Of a DNA stretch of 35,705 nt, positions 1 through 9,031 are shown in pieces. The position numbers were made by a program, and so were the translations under genes. Origin of the DNA: Lachnospiraceae bacterium. GTDB lineage: Bacteria; Bacillota; Clostridia; Lachnospirales; Lachnospiraceae. The stretch is taken from the NCBI GenBank assembly GCA_024690205.1, contig JAILCX010000070.1, positions 1 to 35,705 on the forward strand, written 5' to 3'. Under the pieces are notes generated by a model. The model was not told the DNA's origin and searched no databases. It saw only the letters and a program-made list of their open reading frames with translations. Position 1 is the stretch's first letter, and each line of letters starts with the position of its first letter.

Positions 1-279
1 ATTTTTCATTATAAAATCCCAACGTGCAGATTCCGGGATATAGAAAACATTGTCTTTCGTGTAGAAAGGCATCATTTCAAGGAATCCCTCTTGTCCATTT
101 GCTTTCATATGTTCTCGATGCTCATTAAATCTGTCATTTGCATATTTCAAAAAAATCATAGAAAGCACAACGTGTTTGTACTCGGAAGGCTCAACTTTCC
201 CTCTTAACTTATTTGCAGCATCCCATAGTGTCTGTTCGATAGGTTTCTGTTCTTTTTCCTGCTTACTGGTTTTGGCCAT
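1..279 (-). CDS. hsdM: Type I restriction-modification methyltransferase subunit HsdM, N-terminal part. The 5' end of the gene is in the window and the gene continues past the left edge.
   Basis: The reverse complement of 1-279 translates from an ATG at 277-279 as MAKTSKQEKEQKPIEQTLWDAANKLRGKVEPSEYKHVVLSMIFLKYANDRFNEHREHMKANGQEGFLEMMPFYTKDNVFYIPESARWDFIMKN. The LWDAANKLRG...EYKHVVLSMIFLKY block is the characteristic HsdM N-terminal domain. An AAGGGA-type RBS lies upstream. Not in the ORF track because it is truncated. Confidence 0.7.
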   Translation of the reverse strand, partial: MAKTSKQEKEQKPIEQTLWDAANKLRGKVEPSEYKHVVLSMIFLKYANDRFNEHREHMKANGQEGFLEMMPFYTKDNVFYIPESARWDFIMKN

Positions 280-545
280 TTTCTTATCCCTTTCATAGTG
301 GAATTATGTATAATTAAGCAAAAGTCGGTACAAGACAACGATATATGCCTGACCGACTCACTCTGAATACCCTCATAATCCAGACTTATCTCGCTATAAT
401 CTTGCAGTTTAAGTCACAATTAACACTTTATTATACTATAACAGTGGCTATTTTATCAATGTGAGAGAGGCTATATCACTGTATTTTCTGCCTTTTCTCA
501 ATAATACATCCTGTATAGTCCAATATACTGTACTCAAAGGACGGT

Positions 546-1400
546 TTATTCTATAACAGCACTCACAACTGCCTTCAGATCCTCTTCGCCGGAGTTCACT
601 TCCGGGACGAACAACCTTGCTCGTCCGTCAGAGCATACCTTTCGGATGCCCTCAATGAAGATATCTCTGTCTACCTTATTCGGAAAGTAGGTATCGAGCG
701 TACCGCAATGAGCAACCCACCTACCATTCTCCGCCTGTTTCTTACCCCATATGTGAATGCCTTTTACCACGTTCTGATATGGGACAATTGTGTCGATGGC
801 GGCCAAATACTTATCCGCATCGAAACAGTCTGTCTTCAGATGCTCTGCCGTTACCAACTGTGGGAAATCCAATACAACACCAAGGTCTGCCCCTGTCTCC
901 TGTATCCGGCTGCAAAGCAAAGCTATCTCTTTACCCTTGCCTACAATAAACCGACCACCTCTATACACGGCTCCTGCCCTGTTTTCGACCACGATTTCCG
1001 TGTCAGGGTATGTTTTATGGATAATCTGTTCAAAAACCCTATATCGGTCAAGGAACTGGTCTATATCACAATAATCGTTAAACGGAGGATGAATCTCGAC
1101 AACCGAAGGTGCAGCATGGCTCTCGGTCAGTTTGATAACGAATCCAGCAAACTGCTCTGCCCACTCTGTAGTCTTCCATAACTGCGGAACTCCATCCTTA
1201 TTTGCATCACAGAGCGCAGGGAACTGTCTCACCAAGTCTGATGACAGATTTCTCTTGCCATAACTGTATTCAGTATGGAGTGAGTACTTCGGCACATCCT
1301 CTATTCGATCCTTATCGAGATGTCCGGCAAGTTCTATTAATTCCGGGGTTATCTCTTTCGGATACTCTGTATTTCCGTATTGAACGAATCTGAAAACCAT
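546..1400 (-). CDS. Hypothetical TIM-barrel protein that resembles AP-endonuclease family 2 / xylose-isomerase-like fold (Nfo/UvdE-like). Probably co-transcribed downstream of GmrSD.
   Basis: The 360-aa ORF-track entry overlaps the GmrSD 3' end. The realistic start is the ATG at 1398-1400 (MVFRFVQYG...), which has a GGAG RBS 7 nt upstream and lies 10 nt after the GmrSD stop. Motifs VEIHPPF, VVENRAG (cf. Nfo ...LENTAG), VLDFPQL..EH and GIHIWGKK resemble the metal-ligand blocks of Nfo/UvdE TIM-barrel nucleases. The assignment is by eye only. Confidence 0.4.
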   Translation of the reverse strand: MVFRFVQYGNTEYPKEITPELIELAGHLDKDRIEDVPKYSLHTEYSYGKRNLSSDLVRQFPALCDANKDGVPQLWKTTEWAEQFAGFVIKLTESHAAPSVVEIHPPFNDYCDIDQFLDRYRVFEQIIHKTYPDTEIVVENRAGAVYRGGRFIVGKGKEIALLCSRIQETGADLGVVLDFPQLVTAEHLKTDCFDADKYLAAIDTIVPYQNVVKGIHIWGKKQAENGRWVAHCGTLDTYFPNKVDRDIFIEGIRKVCSDGRARLFVPEVNSGEEDLKAVVSAVIE

Positions 1401-1410
1401 AATCACTCCA

Positions 1411-4248
1411 TCAATCATCGCCCTTTCGGACAACGGTAAATCCACGTCTTTCAAAGAAACGGACTGCTGTATCTCCGCTAACATATTCTGACTTGTCAAT
1501 TTCCGTTCCGTAAGCCTCTTTCCATGCCATGCCCTTGATATGCTTTGCTGGAAGTTCCTCCCCATTATAAACAAGCCATATACTTGAAGGCTCTGGGTAC
1601 TCTGGTCTTTCTTCCAAAAAGCGATCAATAGCTGCCTGAACGTCCTCTGCTGTCACACCCTTCCATGTAGGTTTGGGATTGCATCCAGCCTCTTCACCTA
1701 CAGAATTCAATGCCTCAACCAGGGCATCATACTTGGCAACCATCCACTCATATATTTCTTTCTGTTTTTCGGGATTAAAGATATCCGCCTCTTTTTTGTA
1801 CAATATGCGTTTTGCTACGCTGTTTTCACGGCTCGAATACCAATCAAGCTTATCTCCGAATTTGCTTTCTATGTCTATTTTCTTATCCTCAAGTCTTGCA
1901 AAAGCCTCCGGGGTATATACATACAGAAGTATCGTGATAAACTTACTTCGTGTAATGGTGAACGATATATGGAAGTCTTCAGCTATCGTGCTGATATCAT
2001 ACCAATTCGTGCCTCTTGGATTCCTATATGCGATGTCAGATCCTCGACCATTTTCTCGACAATACTCAACAAAGTCTGTCCAAAACTTTCTCCTTTTATC
2101 ACGAAGGGTTACATCATCATTTGAAGGGTCAAAAATATTTGAAGGATCATCCACCGTTTCACTTTCGGAAGGAGCCGGGAGTTCTGGTGGGATTTCTCGT
2201 CCGTCCACCGCAAACTGAACATAAACTAATCTGTCCATCTGTTCCTGACTAAAGCTAATCTCCCACCTCTGTTCCATGAAACGAAGGAGCTTTTTACTGC
2301 GATCATATATCTTCTTTGCATCCCAATCCTGCTCCTTGGCCACTTCTATCTCGGAATGGGATCCGTTCTCATATCCTCGTCTTCCCTTGTCATTAGAGGT
2401 TTTCTTGTCATAAAAACTTACATTCTGCAAGCTCGAATTAATGCTTTGTGATAACGGGAGGAGATTTCCTAATGCTCCGGCAAGCATCTCTTTCTCATCA
2501 TCATCAAACTGCCTAAACTGATTGCGCCAATAGTAATTAGTATGAGTTTGCGGAAATATGTGTTCAATAGAGACTTTATCCTTCTCATTCTTTGAAAACA
2601 TCTCCCAGCTAATCTTATCAATGTTATTCTTCTTGGCTAACGTATACTCGTACTCATAAAGGAAATACTTAAGATTATATCCCCAGCCATAAAAACCACT
2701 ATGATTGGAAAAGTTCTTCTCTATCTTTGTAACGAAGTTCGGAACGGCATATTCAATGTTCGCATCTGCTTTTTCGCTCAAATCCTTTATCAAATCATCT
2801 ATGCTGATTTCATCAAAATAAAGGCTCCTTGTACAACGATAGTATTCACTGCTCTGATATGATGCGTTGAATCCGCCAAGCCTGAAACAGATGAATATGA
2901 ACCTCTCGATTGCCTTAAACAGTTCTGATCTCTTTTCCGGGGATATCTTCCTTTTGCTGATAGCCACCATGACAAGCGGTCTGAAGTATCCTATTCCCAC
3001 TCTTTGAAGTCGATCCACCCAAATTCTCTCATCGGGCGTAAGGTGTTCACTTGTCATAGGGAAAAAGGTATCATACCAGTATTGTGCCATATCCATGAGG
3101 CTCAATACATAATCAGATATCTCCGTAGGCTGCAGTTTGCTTAAAACCAGCGGTTCTACTTCAACTTCATCATCATCTTGATCATCATCGTCAACATCGG
3201 ACAAAACTTGTGAATCATCTTCTGTTGTAACGGACACCTTTTCAAAGATATTCTTGGCCGAAAACTTACTTAACAAGAATTTGATGTAGTCATCGCCTTT
3301 TCTTCTCGAATATGAATAATACGAGATCCAATGCGCACGAAGGAAATCATCATCTGAAAGCGGCCATTCCTCATTTTTGCCAAGATGATAGTACACCTCT
3401 TTCCAGGCATCATTGATTTTCTTCCTCAAATTGGCCTTTTCAAGTTCATCAAAAGCATCATTCGAATAAAGCGTTGTCAAATAGATAAGGCGGTTCTTCA
3501 ACAATTCGAGATTAGTCAGCTTTTTACCACGATTGTTCATGGTTTCAAATGCCACAAACACATCATAATCATCCGATATTTCATGGATGTTAAACATCAT
3601 CTGCTGGGTCAGTTTTTTATATAAGACAGAAATACCCGCCATCTTCTCCTGCTCATAAAATGACTCGAGATTACTTCTGAAGAAGTTTTTTGCATTTTTC
3701 AGATTTTTTGTGTAGTAAGTTTCATCAACGCTACCAGAATAAGGCTCATTAAAAACACGATAGCGAAGATAATCTGCGCTGGGATTATCAACCTCGTAGC
3801 CAAACAGGTATGTAGTAATAAGATTGTTTGGAGGTCTGTGCCTGCAGATGTATTTTTCGACAACTGAACTCAAAGTATCAAAACCGAGCAAAATCTTATC
3901 ATCTGATAAATCCTTGTTCTCCGGCAGTTCACGGACAAAGCATACCAGTTCGTTTATCAGAATCACAAAAGTGGTCAGCCTCTGCTGCCCATCAACAATG
4001 TGAAATGCCTCATAATCACCACTATCGATTAGCCAAGTATCCGTACCCCATCCGCTTGTATCCTTTTTGGATAATGCCTTTAAGGATAGCATCCCTGTAT
4101 AGTGATACTTATCTTCTTGTAGATTCACAAGGTCATCCCAAAAATCTATCAATTGAGACTGCTGCCATGCATATCCTCTCTGATAGTCCGGGATACGAAA
4201 TACCCTGTGTGAAAACACTTTTGATAGTTGCTGTAGCTCGTTTGCCAT
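1411..4248 (-). CDS. GmrSD-family type IV (modification-dependent) restriction endonuclease: DUF262 (DGQQR) plus DUF1524 (His-Me finger), with a C-terminal DUF4268-like extension.
   Basis: The N-terminal region has IPDYQRGYAW and HIVDGQQRLTTF (the DUF262 DGQQR motif). The middle region has SIEHIFPQ ... LGNLLPLSQSINSS (DUF1524 HNH-like motifs). The tail has RRKFWTDFVEYCRENG (DUF4268-like). Start is re-set to ATG 4246-4248 (MANELQQLSKVF), which has a GGAGG RBS 5 nt upstream. The ORF-track 5' extension to 4305 overlaps the upstream gene. Confidence 0.85.
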   Translation of the reverse strand: MANELQQLSKVFSHRVFRIPDYQRGYAWQQSQLIDFWDDLVNLQEDKYHYTGMLSLKALSKKDTSGWGTDTWLIDSGDYEAFHIVDGQQRLTTFVILINELVCFVRELPENKDLSDDKILLGFDTLSSVVEKYICRHRPPNNLITTYLFGYEVDNPSADYLRYRVFNEPYSGSVDETYYTKNLKNAKNFFRSNLESFYEQEKMAGISVLYKKLTQQMMFNIHEISDDYDVFVAFETMNNRGKKLTNLELLKNRLIYLTTLYSNDAFDELEKANLRKKINDAWKEVYYHLGKNEEWPLSDDDFLRAHWISYYSYSRRKGDDYIKFLLSKFSAKNIFEKVSVTTEDDSQVLSDVDDDDQDDDEVEVEPLVLSKLQPTEISDYVLSLMDMAQYWYDTFFPMTSEHLTPDERIWVDRLQRVGIGYFRPLVMVAISKRKISPEKRSELFKAIERFIFICFRLGGFNASYQSSEYYRCTRSLYFDEISIDDLIKDLSEKADANIEYAVPNFVTKIEKNFSNHSGFYGWGYNLKYFLYEYEYTLAKKNNIDKISWEMFSKNEKDKVSIEHIFPQTHTNYYWRNQFRQFDDDEKEMLAGALGNLLPLSQSINSSLQNVSFYDKKTSNDKGRRGYENGSHSEIEVAKEQDWDAKKIYDRSKKLLRFMEQRWEISFSQEQMDRLVYVQFAVDGREIPPELPAPSESETVDDPSNIFDPSNDDVTLRDKRRKFWTDFVEYCRENGRGSDIAYRNPRGTNWYDISTIAEDFHISFTITRSKFITILLYVYTPEAFARLEDKKIDIESKFGDKLDWYSSRENSVAKRILYKKEADIFNPEKQKEIYEWMVAKYDALVEALNSVGEEAGCNPKPTWKGVTAEDVQAAIDRFLEERPEYPEPSSIWLVYNGEELPAKHIKGMAWKEAYGTEIDKSEYVSGDTAVRFFERRGFTVVRKGDD

Positions 4249-4259
4249 AATGCCTCCGT

Positions 4260-4619
4260 CTAATTCATCAACTCTTGCATCCGTTTGATGATCATATTGA
4301 ACCATCGCATTGACTCTTCATCCCGGATGCTCTCACCCATAGCCCAATGATTGTAATACCGCCACTGCGAGAATATGGCGGATCCCAATAGCTGAATATC
4401 GTCAATGGAATCGATGACCTTCTCCAGGGCATCTGGATTCCTAAAAGCGTCATGACCGTACTTCTCCTCGAAGGCATGACCGCAGTCCATGTCAAAGCCG
4501 AGGTCTCTGAAACCATCTCCGATGGCGGGATCATCGACTATCTGAATATCCGGCACGTTGCTATCATTCAGCATATCCGCAAATTTGCTTATGTACTCGC
4601 TTATCTTTTTATTAACCAT
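4260..4619 (-). CDS. Hypothetical 119-aa protein, first gene of the GmrSD operon.
   Basis: ORF MVNKKISEYISKFADMLND... with its stop 11 nt before the GmrSD start. No recognisable motif and a weak RBS. Confidence 0.5.
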   Translation of the reverse strand: MVNKKISEYISKFADMLNDSNVPDIQIVDDPAIGDGFRDLGFDMDCGHAFEEKYGHDAFRNPDALEKVIDSIDDIQLLGSAIFSQWRYYNHWAMGESIRDEESMRWFNMIIKRMQELMN

Positions 4620-4705
4620 TCTGTATTCCCAACCCCGATTTTTTAACTATCCTATATTCTCAACGAGGTTTTTTAACCATCTTGTATTCCCGACCTTTTT
4701 TACAC
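4611..4705. repeat. Imperfect direct repeat with two ~33-bp copies about 61 bp apart. It overlaps the start codon of the 119-aa gene at the islet/backbone junction.
   Basis: Copy 1 (4611-4648) is TTAACCATTCTGTATTCCCAACCCCGATTTTTTAAC. Copy 2 (4670-4704) is TTAACCATCTTGTATTCCCGACCTTTTTTAC. TTTTTTAACYATC also recurs at 4640 and 4669. Confidence 0.45.
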
Positions 4706-4818
4706 TCTTTTTAGTGGACTAATTCTGTAATACTCTTAATGCCCCATAATGCCATTTCATGCCTTTAACCCAAAGTGCCGAAACCCTTTGATTTCAAGCC
4801 TTTTCGAGCCACTTCGCC

Positions 4819-6192
4819 TTAAACCCGTGAAAGCAATACCACCGTCTCAACATGATACGCGCCGGGAAATTGGTCGATACAGCATACTTTTTTAACTTCG
4901 TATCCTGCAAGAAGGAAGCTATTAAGGTCACGTGCAAGGCTTGTCGGTTTGCACGAAACATAGACCATGCTTTCGATCCCGTATGAAAGGATCTTTGAAA
5001 GAGCCTTCGGGTGTATCCCGTCACGCGGAGGATCAAGTACGATAAAATCGGGCTTTTCCTTTACTTCATCAAGAACTTTAAGGACATCGCCCGCAATAAA
5101 CACGCAGTTATGTAAACCATTCAACCTGGCGTTTTCACCTGCTGCCTTTACCGCTTCTTCAACTATCTCAACTCCTATGACCTTCTTTGCTACGGGTGCA
5201 AGCAGCTGGGCTATAGTCCCGGTTCCGCTGTAAAGATCATATATAACTGAGTCTTTTCCCTTTTCCCCGACATAATCCCTAACGGTTGAATAAAGGACTT
5301 CCGCACTCAGTGTGTTGGTCTGGAAGAAGCTGAACGTGGATATCTTAAAATCAAGACCCAAAACCTTTTCCTCAATATAGTCCGTTCCAAACAGAATCTT
5401 TATTTCATCAGCCTTAACCACATCGGATACCGAATCGTTCACTATGTGAAGGATGCTTTTGAATTCACCATCCGTATCAAGTCCAAGTAAGACATCACGA
5501 TATTTTGACATATCAAAATCGTTCTGTGATGTTGTTACTATCGCGACCATTATCTGTCCGGTGTACTTTGCTTTCCTTACAAGAAGATGCCTGAGATATC
5601 CTTCGTGAGTCTGACGGTGAAAGAAATCAAGCCCCTTATCTTCAAAGAATTCTTTGGTTATTCTTAGTATCTTTCTGTAATCCTCATCAACAATCCTGCA
5701 ATCAGACACCGTTTCGATATCATAAAAGCTTCCCTGTCTGTGAAGACCAAGCGTCAAGGGTCCGTCCTTATACTCATTTCCGAACGAAAACTCCATCTTA
5801 TTCCTGTAACCTTCACTTACGGGAGATCCCTTTATGCCTTCAAAAGTCCATCCGGCAGATTGATTTGCAAGTACAGGATCAAGAAGCCTTTTTACCTGAC
5901 CGGCTTTAAGTTCAAGCTGTTTGTCATAAGGAAGATTAAGGTAGGTGCATCCTCCGCATCTTCCAAAATGCGGGCACGGCGCACAAACTTCATCCTGAGA
6001 TTTTCTAACCACATTAACCAGTCTTCCTTCGGCACGCGAATTTCTCTTTTTGGTGACCGAAAACCTAACCTTCTGTCCCGGGATCACGTTTTTAACAATA
6101 CAAAGATCGCCCTGCTCTTCTTCCCTTACAATTCCTTTATTGGGGAAATCCGTTCTTATTACTTCCCCTTCGTACACTTCACCTTTTTTCAT
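4819..6192 (-). CDS. rlmD: 23S rRNA (uracil-5-)-methyltransferase RlmD/RumA (TRAM domain, 4Fe-4S Cys cluster, SAM-dependent methyltransferase).
   Basis: N-terminal TRAM region (MKKGEVYEGEVIRTDFPNKGI). Cys cluster CAPCPHFGRCGGC. SAM-binding motif DLYSGTGTIA. Catalytic region DPPRDG ... VYVSCKPTS. Confidence 0.9.
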   Translation of the reverse strand: MKKGEVYEGEVIRTDFPNKGIVREEEQGDLCIVKNVIPGQKVRFSVTKKRNSRAEGRLVNVVRKSQDEVCAPCPHFGRCGGCTYLNLPYDKQLELKAGQVKRLLDPVLANQSAGWTFEGIKGSPVSEGYRNKMEFSFGNEYKDGPLTLGLHRQGSFYDIETVSDCRIVDEDYRKILRITKEFFEDKGLDFFHRQTHEGYLRHLLVRKAKYTGQIMVAIVTTSQNDFDMSKYRDVLLGLDTDGEFKSILHIVNDSVSDVVKADEIKILFGTDYIEEKVLGLDFKISTFSFFQTNTLSAEVLYSTVRDYVGEKGKDSVIYDLYSGTGTIAQLLAPVAKKVIGVEIVEEAVKAAGENARLNGLHNCVFIAGDVLKVLDEVKEKPDFIVLDPPRDGIHPKALSKILSYGIESMVYVSCKPTSLARDLNSFLLAGYEVKKVCCIDQFPGAYHVETVVLLSRV

Positions 6193-6213
6193 ATTTTTCC
6201 CTATAATCTAAAA

Positions 6214-6240
6214 GTACGCGTGCAAAAAATACACGCGTAC
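6214..6240 (-). terminator. Perfect 9-bp-stem palindrome between the acidic-membrane-protein gene and rlmD. Possible terminator or attenuator.
   Basis: GTACGCGTG-caaaaaata-CACGCGTAC. On the minus strand it is followed by a TTTTAG stretch. Confidence 0.35.
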
Positions 6241-6267
6241 CTGCTTTTATCATTTATATCCGATCAA

Positions 6268-6678
6268 TTAAGCTTCTTTGGGTTCATCTTCCTTTTTTGC
6301 TTCAGAATCGGTATCTATCTTATCAACATCTTCCCAGTTGGTAAGATCATCGTCATCTTCAAAGAAATCATCATCGAAATCCTCGAAATCATCAAACGAA
6401 TCTTCGATATATCCCGGAACAAGGAATCTGTAGATCGCATATCCGATACCTGCGCAAACAACGATGGTACCGATTATGGCAAGCACCCAAACCCATGTAT
6501 TGGTTTTCTTTTCTTCTTCAATTACCTCTTCTTTCTTAAGGAGATTCTTGATCTTTGCAAATTCCTTCAGCTCCTTAAGTTCCTTAAGATCGATATTCTT
6601 AAGATTATCCTTAAAATCATAATCTTTGACCATATCGACAAGATCACCGAGTTTTGATTTTGCATCCGTAAAAGTCAT
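6268..6678 (-). CDS. Hypothetical single-pass membrane protein with a highly acidic (D/E/F-rich) C-terminal tail.
   Basis: ATG 6676-6678 (MTFTDAKSKLGDLV...) has a GGAGGTG RBS 7 nt upstream. One TM helix (WVWVLAIIGTIVVCAGIGYAIY). Tail is DSFDDFEDFDDDFFEDDDDLTNWEDVD. Confidence 0.6.
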   Translation of the reverse strand: MTFTDAKSKLGDLVDMVKDYDFKDNLKNIDLKELKELKEFAKIKNLLKKEEVIEEEKKTNTWVWVLAIIGTIVVCAGIGYAIYRFLVPGYIEDSFDDFEDFDDDFFEDDDDLTNWEDVDKIDTDSEAKKEDEPKEA

Positions 6679-6760
6679 TCGAAGCACCTCCAATAACAGA
6701 TAATTACAGTCTGCTAACAAAGATTATAGCATACAACACCCAAAAAACAAATAAAAGCGG

Positions 6761-9010
6761 TTAATTTATTTTCTCCAATCTGGCGAATGCGGCATACATT
6801 ATCTTGGTGCCGTGATCGTCAAAATCCACGGTGACTTTATAATCTCTCGGACCCGATTCCATATCCGTGACTGTTCCCTCACCGAATTTAACATGACGGA
6901 CGCGGTCTTCCACATCATAATCGGGTTTGGATCCGGGTACTGCCTTTTGTGAAGAAGGAACACCTTTGCTAATCCCTGCTGCCTTAAGAGAATCAAGTCC
7001 TCCTCCGAAAGGAACCGGTGGCTTAACAGATCTTTCTTTTCGACCCGTGGATGAACGGTCCTCAAAAGAAGTCCTTTGATGAACCCTGTTATCCATAAGC
7101 GCCTTTGGTATTTCCTCTATGAAGCGGCTTACCGCATTAAACTGAAGTTCTCCTCTTACCAGGCGTGTCTTTGCGCAGGTTAAGGTCAGATCCTCTTTTG
7201 CCCTTGTAATACCGACATAAGCAAGCCTTCTTTCTTCTTCAACAAGCGTAGGATCGTCTTCCGAAAGAGACATGATACTCGGGAAAAGACCGTCTTCCAT
7301 TCCCGCAAGATACACGTTCTTAAACTCAAGACCCTTTGCAGAATGCAGTGTCATAAGCATTGCCCGGGGTACAGATGAGTCAACTTCATCTATATCCGCC
7401 ACTAACGCAACTTCCTCAAGGAGGCTCCTCAGTGATGCATTCTCATTGTTTTTCTCAAAATCTACCACCTTGTTCAGGAACTCTTCAACGTTCTCTATAC
7501 GGCTCTGATTCTCGTCGCTTGAGTCCGCTTCAAGCTCCGACATATATCCGGTAACATCGAGCACTTCCCTGATAAAATCGACAAGCCCCATGTTCCCGGC
7601 ATCTTTCCTTAAGGCATTTATCATATCGGCAAAGTCTTTAAGCTTTGACGATGCTTTGGCTATTGTGGGTATCTCATCGGCAATACATAGGGTATCAAAG
7701 AAGCTTGATCCATGCGACTGGGCATACTCAGTCACCTTTGATATCGTCGTGTTACCTATTCCCCTTTTGGGCACGTTTATTATCCTGCGTACCTGCAGAT
7801 CATCCCTTCCGTTATCGATGGTCTTAAGGTAAGCAAGTACGTCCTTTATCTCTTTTCTTGAATAGAAGTTAACACCACCCACCACGTTATACGGGATGCC
7901 TTCGTAAATGAACTTTTCTTCTATCAGTCTGGACTGTGCGTTCGTTCTGTATAAAACAGCCGTATCCGAAATATCCAGATTTTCCTTGCGCTGCTTTCTT
8001 GCGATGTCATCCGCTATGAATTCAGCCTCTTCATAAGCATTTTCAAACTGTCTGAAGTGGATGAGCGGTCCGCCGTCTTTTTCAGTCCAAAGACTCTTTG
8101 CTTTTCTTCCCTTGTTGTTGGAGATCACGGCATTTGCGGCATCAAGTATGTTTTGAGTCGAGCGGTAGTTCTGCTCGAGCCTTATAACCTTTGTATCAGG
8201 ATAATACTGCTCAAAATCAAGTATATTCCTGACATTTGCACCGCGGAATTTATATATGGACTGATCGTCATCTCCGACTACGCACAGATTTCCGTCATGT
8301 CCGGTAAGGAGCCTTATCAGTTTAAACTGCGAAGTATTGGTATCCTGGTACTCATCGACCATGATGTACTTAAACTTCTTTTGGTAGTTATCCAAAACAT
8401 CAGCTTCGTTTTCAAGCAACAGAACTGTGTTCATGATAAGGTCGTCAAAGTCCATGGCATTGTTCTTTTTGAGGATCTTCTGGTATTCGGTATATGCCTG
8501 TGCGATCCTCTTTAATCTGTAATCCTCGCCATATCTCATCATGTATTCGTCAGGTGCAAGCAGCTCGTCTTTAGCCGAAGATATCTCATTAAGGATGGTC
8601 TTTTCCTTAAGCATCTTAGTGTCTATATCAAGGTTTTTGCACACATTCTTCATTACGCTCTTTGAATCATCGGCATCATAGATCGTAAATCCGTTATCGT
8701 ATCCCAGTCTGTCGGCAAATCTCCTTAATATCTTTACGCAGCTGCTGTGGAACGTTGCTATCCACACACTCTCCGAGCCATAGCCCACAAGCTTGTCAAC
8801 TCGTTCTCTCATCTCGCCGGCGGCTTTGTTTGTAAAGGTTATCGCCATGATGTTGTATGGCTCGACATTCATTTTGTCGATAAGATAAGCCACCCTGTGG
8901 GTAAGGACTCTTGTCTTTCCGGAGCCCGCACCCGCAAGTACCAGTACTTTTCCTTCTGTTGTAAACACAGCCTCTTTTTGCTGCGGATTTAGCGTATCGT
9001 ATATCGACAT
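6761..9010 (-). CDS. pcrA: ATP-dependent DNA helicase PcrA (UvrD/Rep superfamily 1).
   Basis: LNPQQKEAV, Walker A AGAGSGKT, and helicase motifs (TFHSSC, VDEYQDT, VGDDDQSIY, YRSTQNIL, GIPY, MTLHSAKGLEF, VGITRAKE). C-terminal Tudor-like tail. Confidence 0.9.
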   Translation of the reverse strand: MSIYDTLNPQQKEAVFTTEGKVLVLAGAGSGKTRVLTHRVAYLIDKMNVEPYNIMAITFTNKAAGEMRERVDKLVGYGSESVWIATFHSSCVKILRRFADRLGYDNGFTIYDADDSKSVMKNVCKNLDIDTKMLKEKTILNEISSAKDELLAPDEYMMRYGEDYRLKRIAQAYTEYQKILKKNNAMDFDDLIMNTVLLLENEADVLDNYQKKFKYIMVDEYQDTNTSQFKLIRLLTGHDGNLCVVGDDDQSIYKFRGANVRNILDFEQYYPDTKVIRLEQNYRSTQNILDAANAVISNNKGRKAKSLWTEKDGGPLIHFRQFENAYEEAEFIADDIARKQRKENLDISDTAVLYRTNAQSRLIEEKFIYEGIPYNVVGGVNFYSRKEIKDVLAYLKTIDNGRDDLQVRRIINVPKRGIGNTTISKVTEYAQSHGSSFFDTLCIADEIPTIAKASSKLKDFADMINALRKDAGNMGLVDFIREVLDVTGYMSELEADSSDENQSRIENVEEFLNKVVDFEKNNENASLRSLLEEVALVADIDEVDSSVPRAMLMTLHSAKGLEFKNVYLAGMEDGLFPSIMSLSEDDPTLVEEERRLAYVGITRAKEDLTLTCAKTRLVRGELQFNAVSRFIEEIPKALMDNRVHQRTSFEDRSSTGRKERSVKPPVPFGGGLDSLKAAGISKGVPSSQKAVPGSKPDYDVEDRVRHVKFGEGTVTDMESGPRDYKVTVDFDDHGTKIMYAAFARLEKIN

Positions 9011-9031
9011 ATCTATTCGGCAGTTCCTTTA

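Noticed and set aside
531-545. Extra copy of the repeat core (CAAAGGACGGTTTAT)
   Set aside because: Shares only GGACGGTT (8 nt) with the GGGGACGGTTCTC core. Consistent with chance.
280-545. Short inverted/direct repeats (ACAGTGGCTAT ... ATATCACTGT; GGCTATWT x2) in the hsdM upstream region
   Set aside because: Too short and imperfect to distinguish from chance in AT-rich intergenic DNA. Possibly an hsdM promoter or operator, but unsupported.
1401-1628. 5' extension of the 546-1628 ORF (360 aa) overlapping the 3' end of the GmrSD gene
   Set aside because: The extension overlaps a well-supported CDS. An internal ATG at 1398-1400 has a GGAG RBS just after the GmrSD stop. Start re-set there.
4611-4705. 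CRISPR array
   Set aside because: Only two imperfect copies with a 61-bp period, overlapping a start codon. No cas genes. Not a CRISPR.
5740-6657. 305-aa plus-strand ORF antisense to rlmD and the acidic membrane protein
   Set aside because: Low-complexity, F/I/K-rich translation of AT-rich antisense sequence. It overlaps two well-supported minus-strand genes. Spurious.
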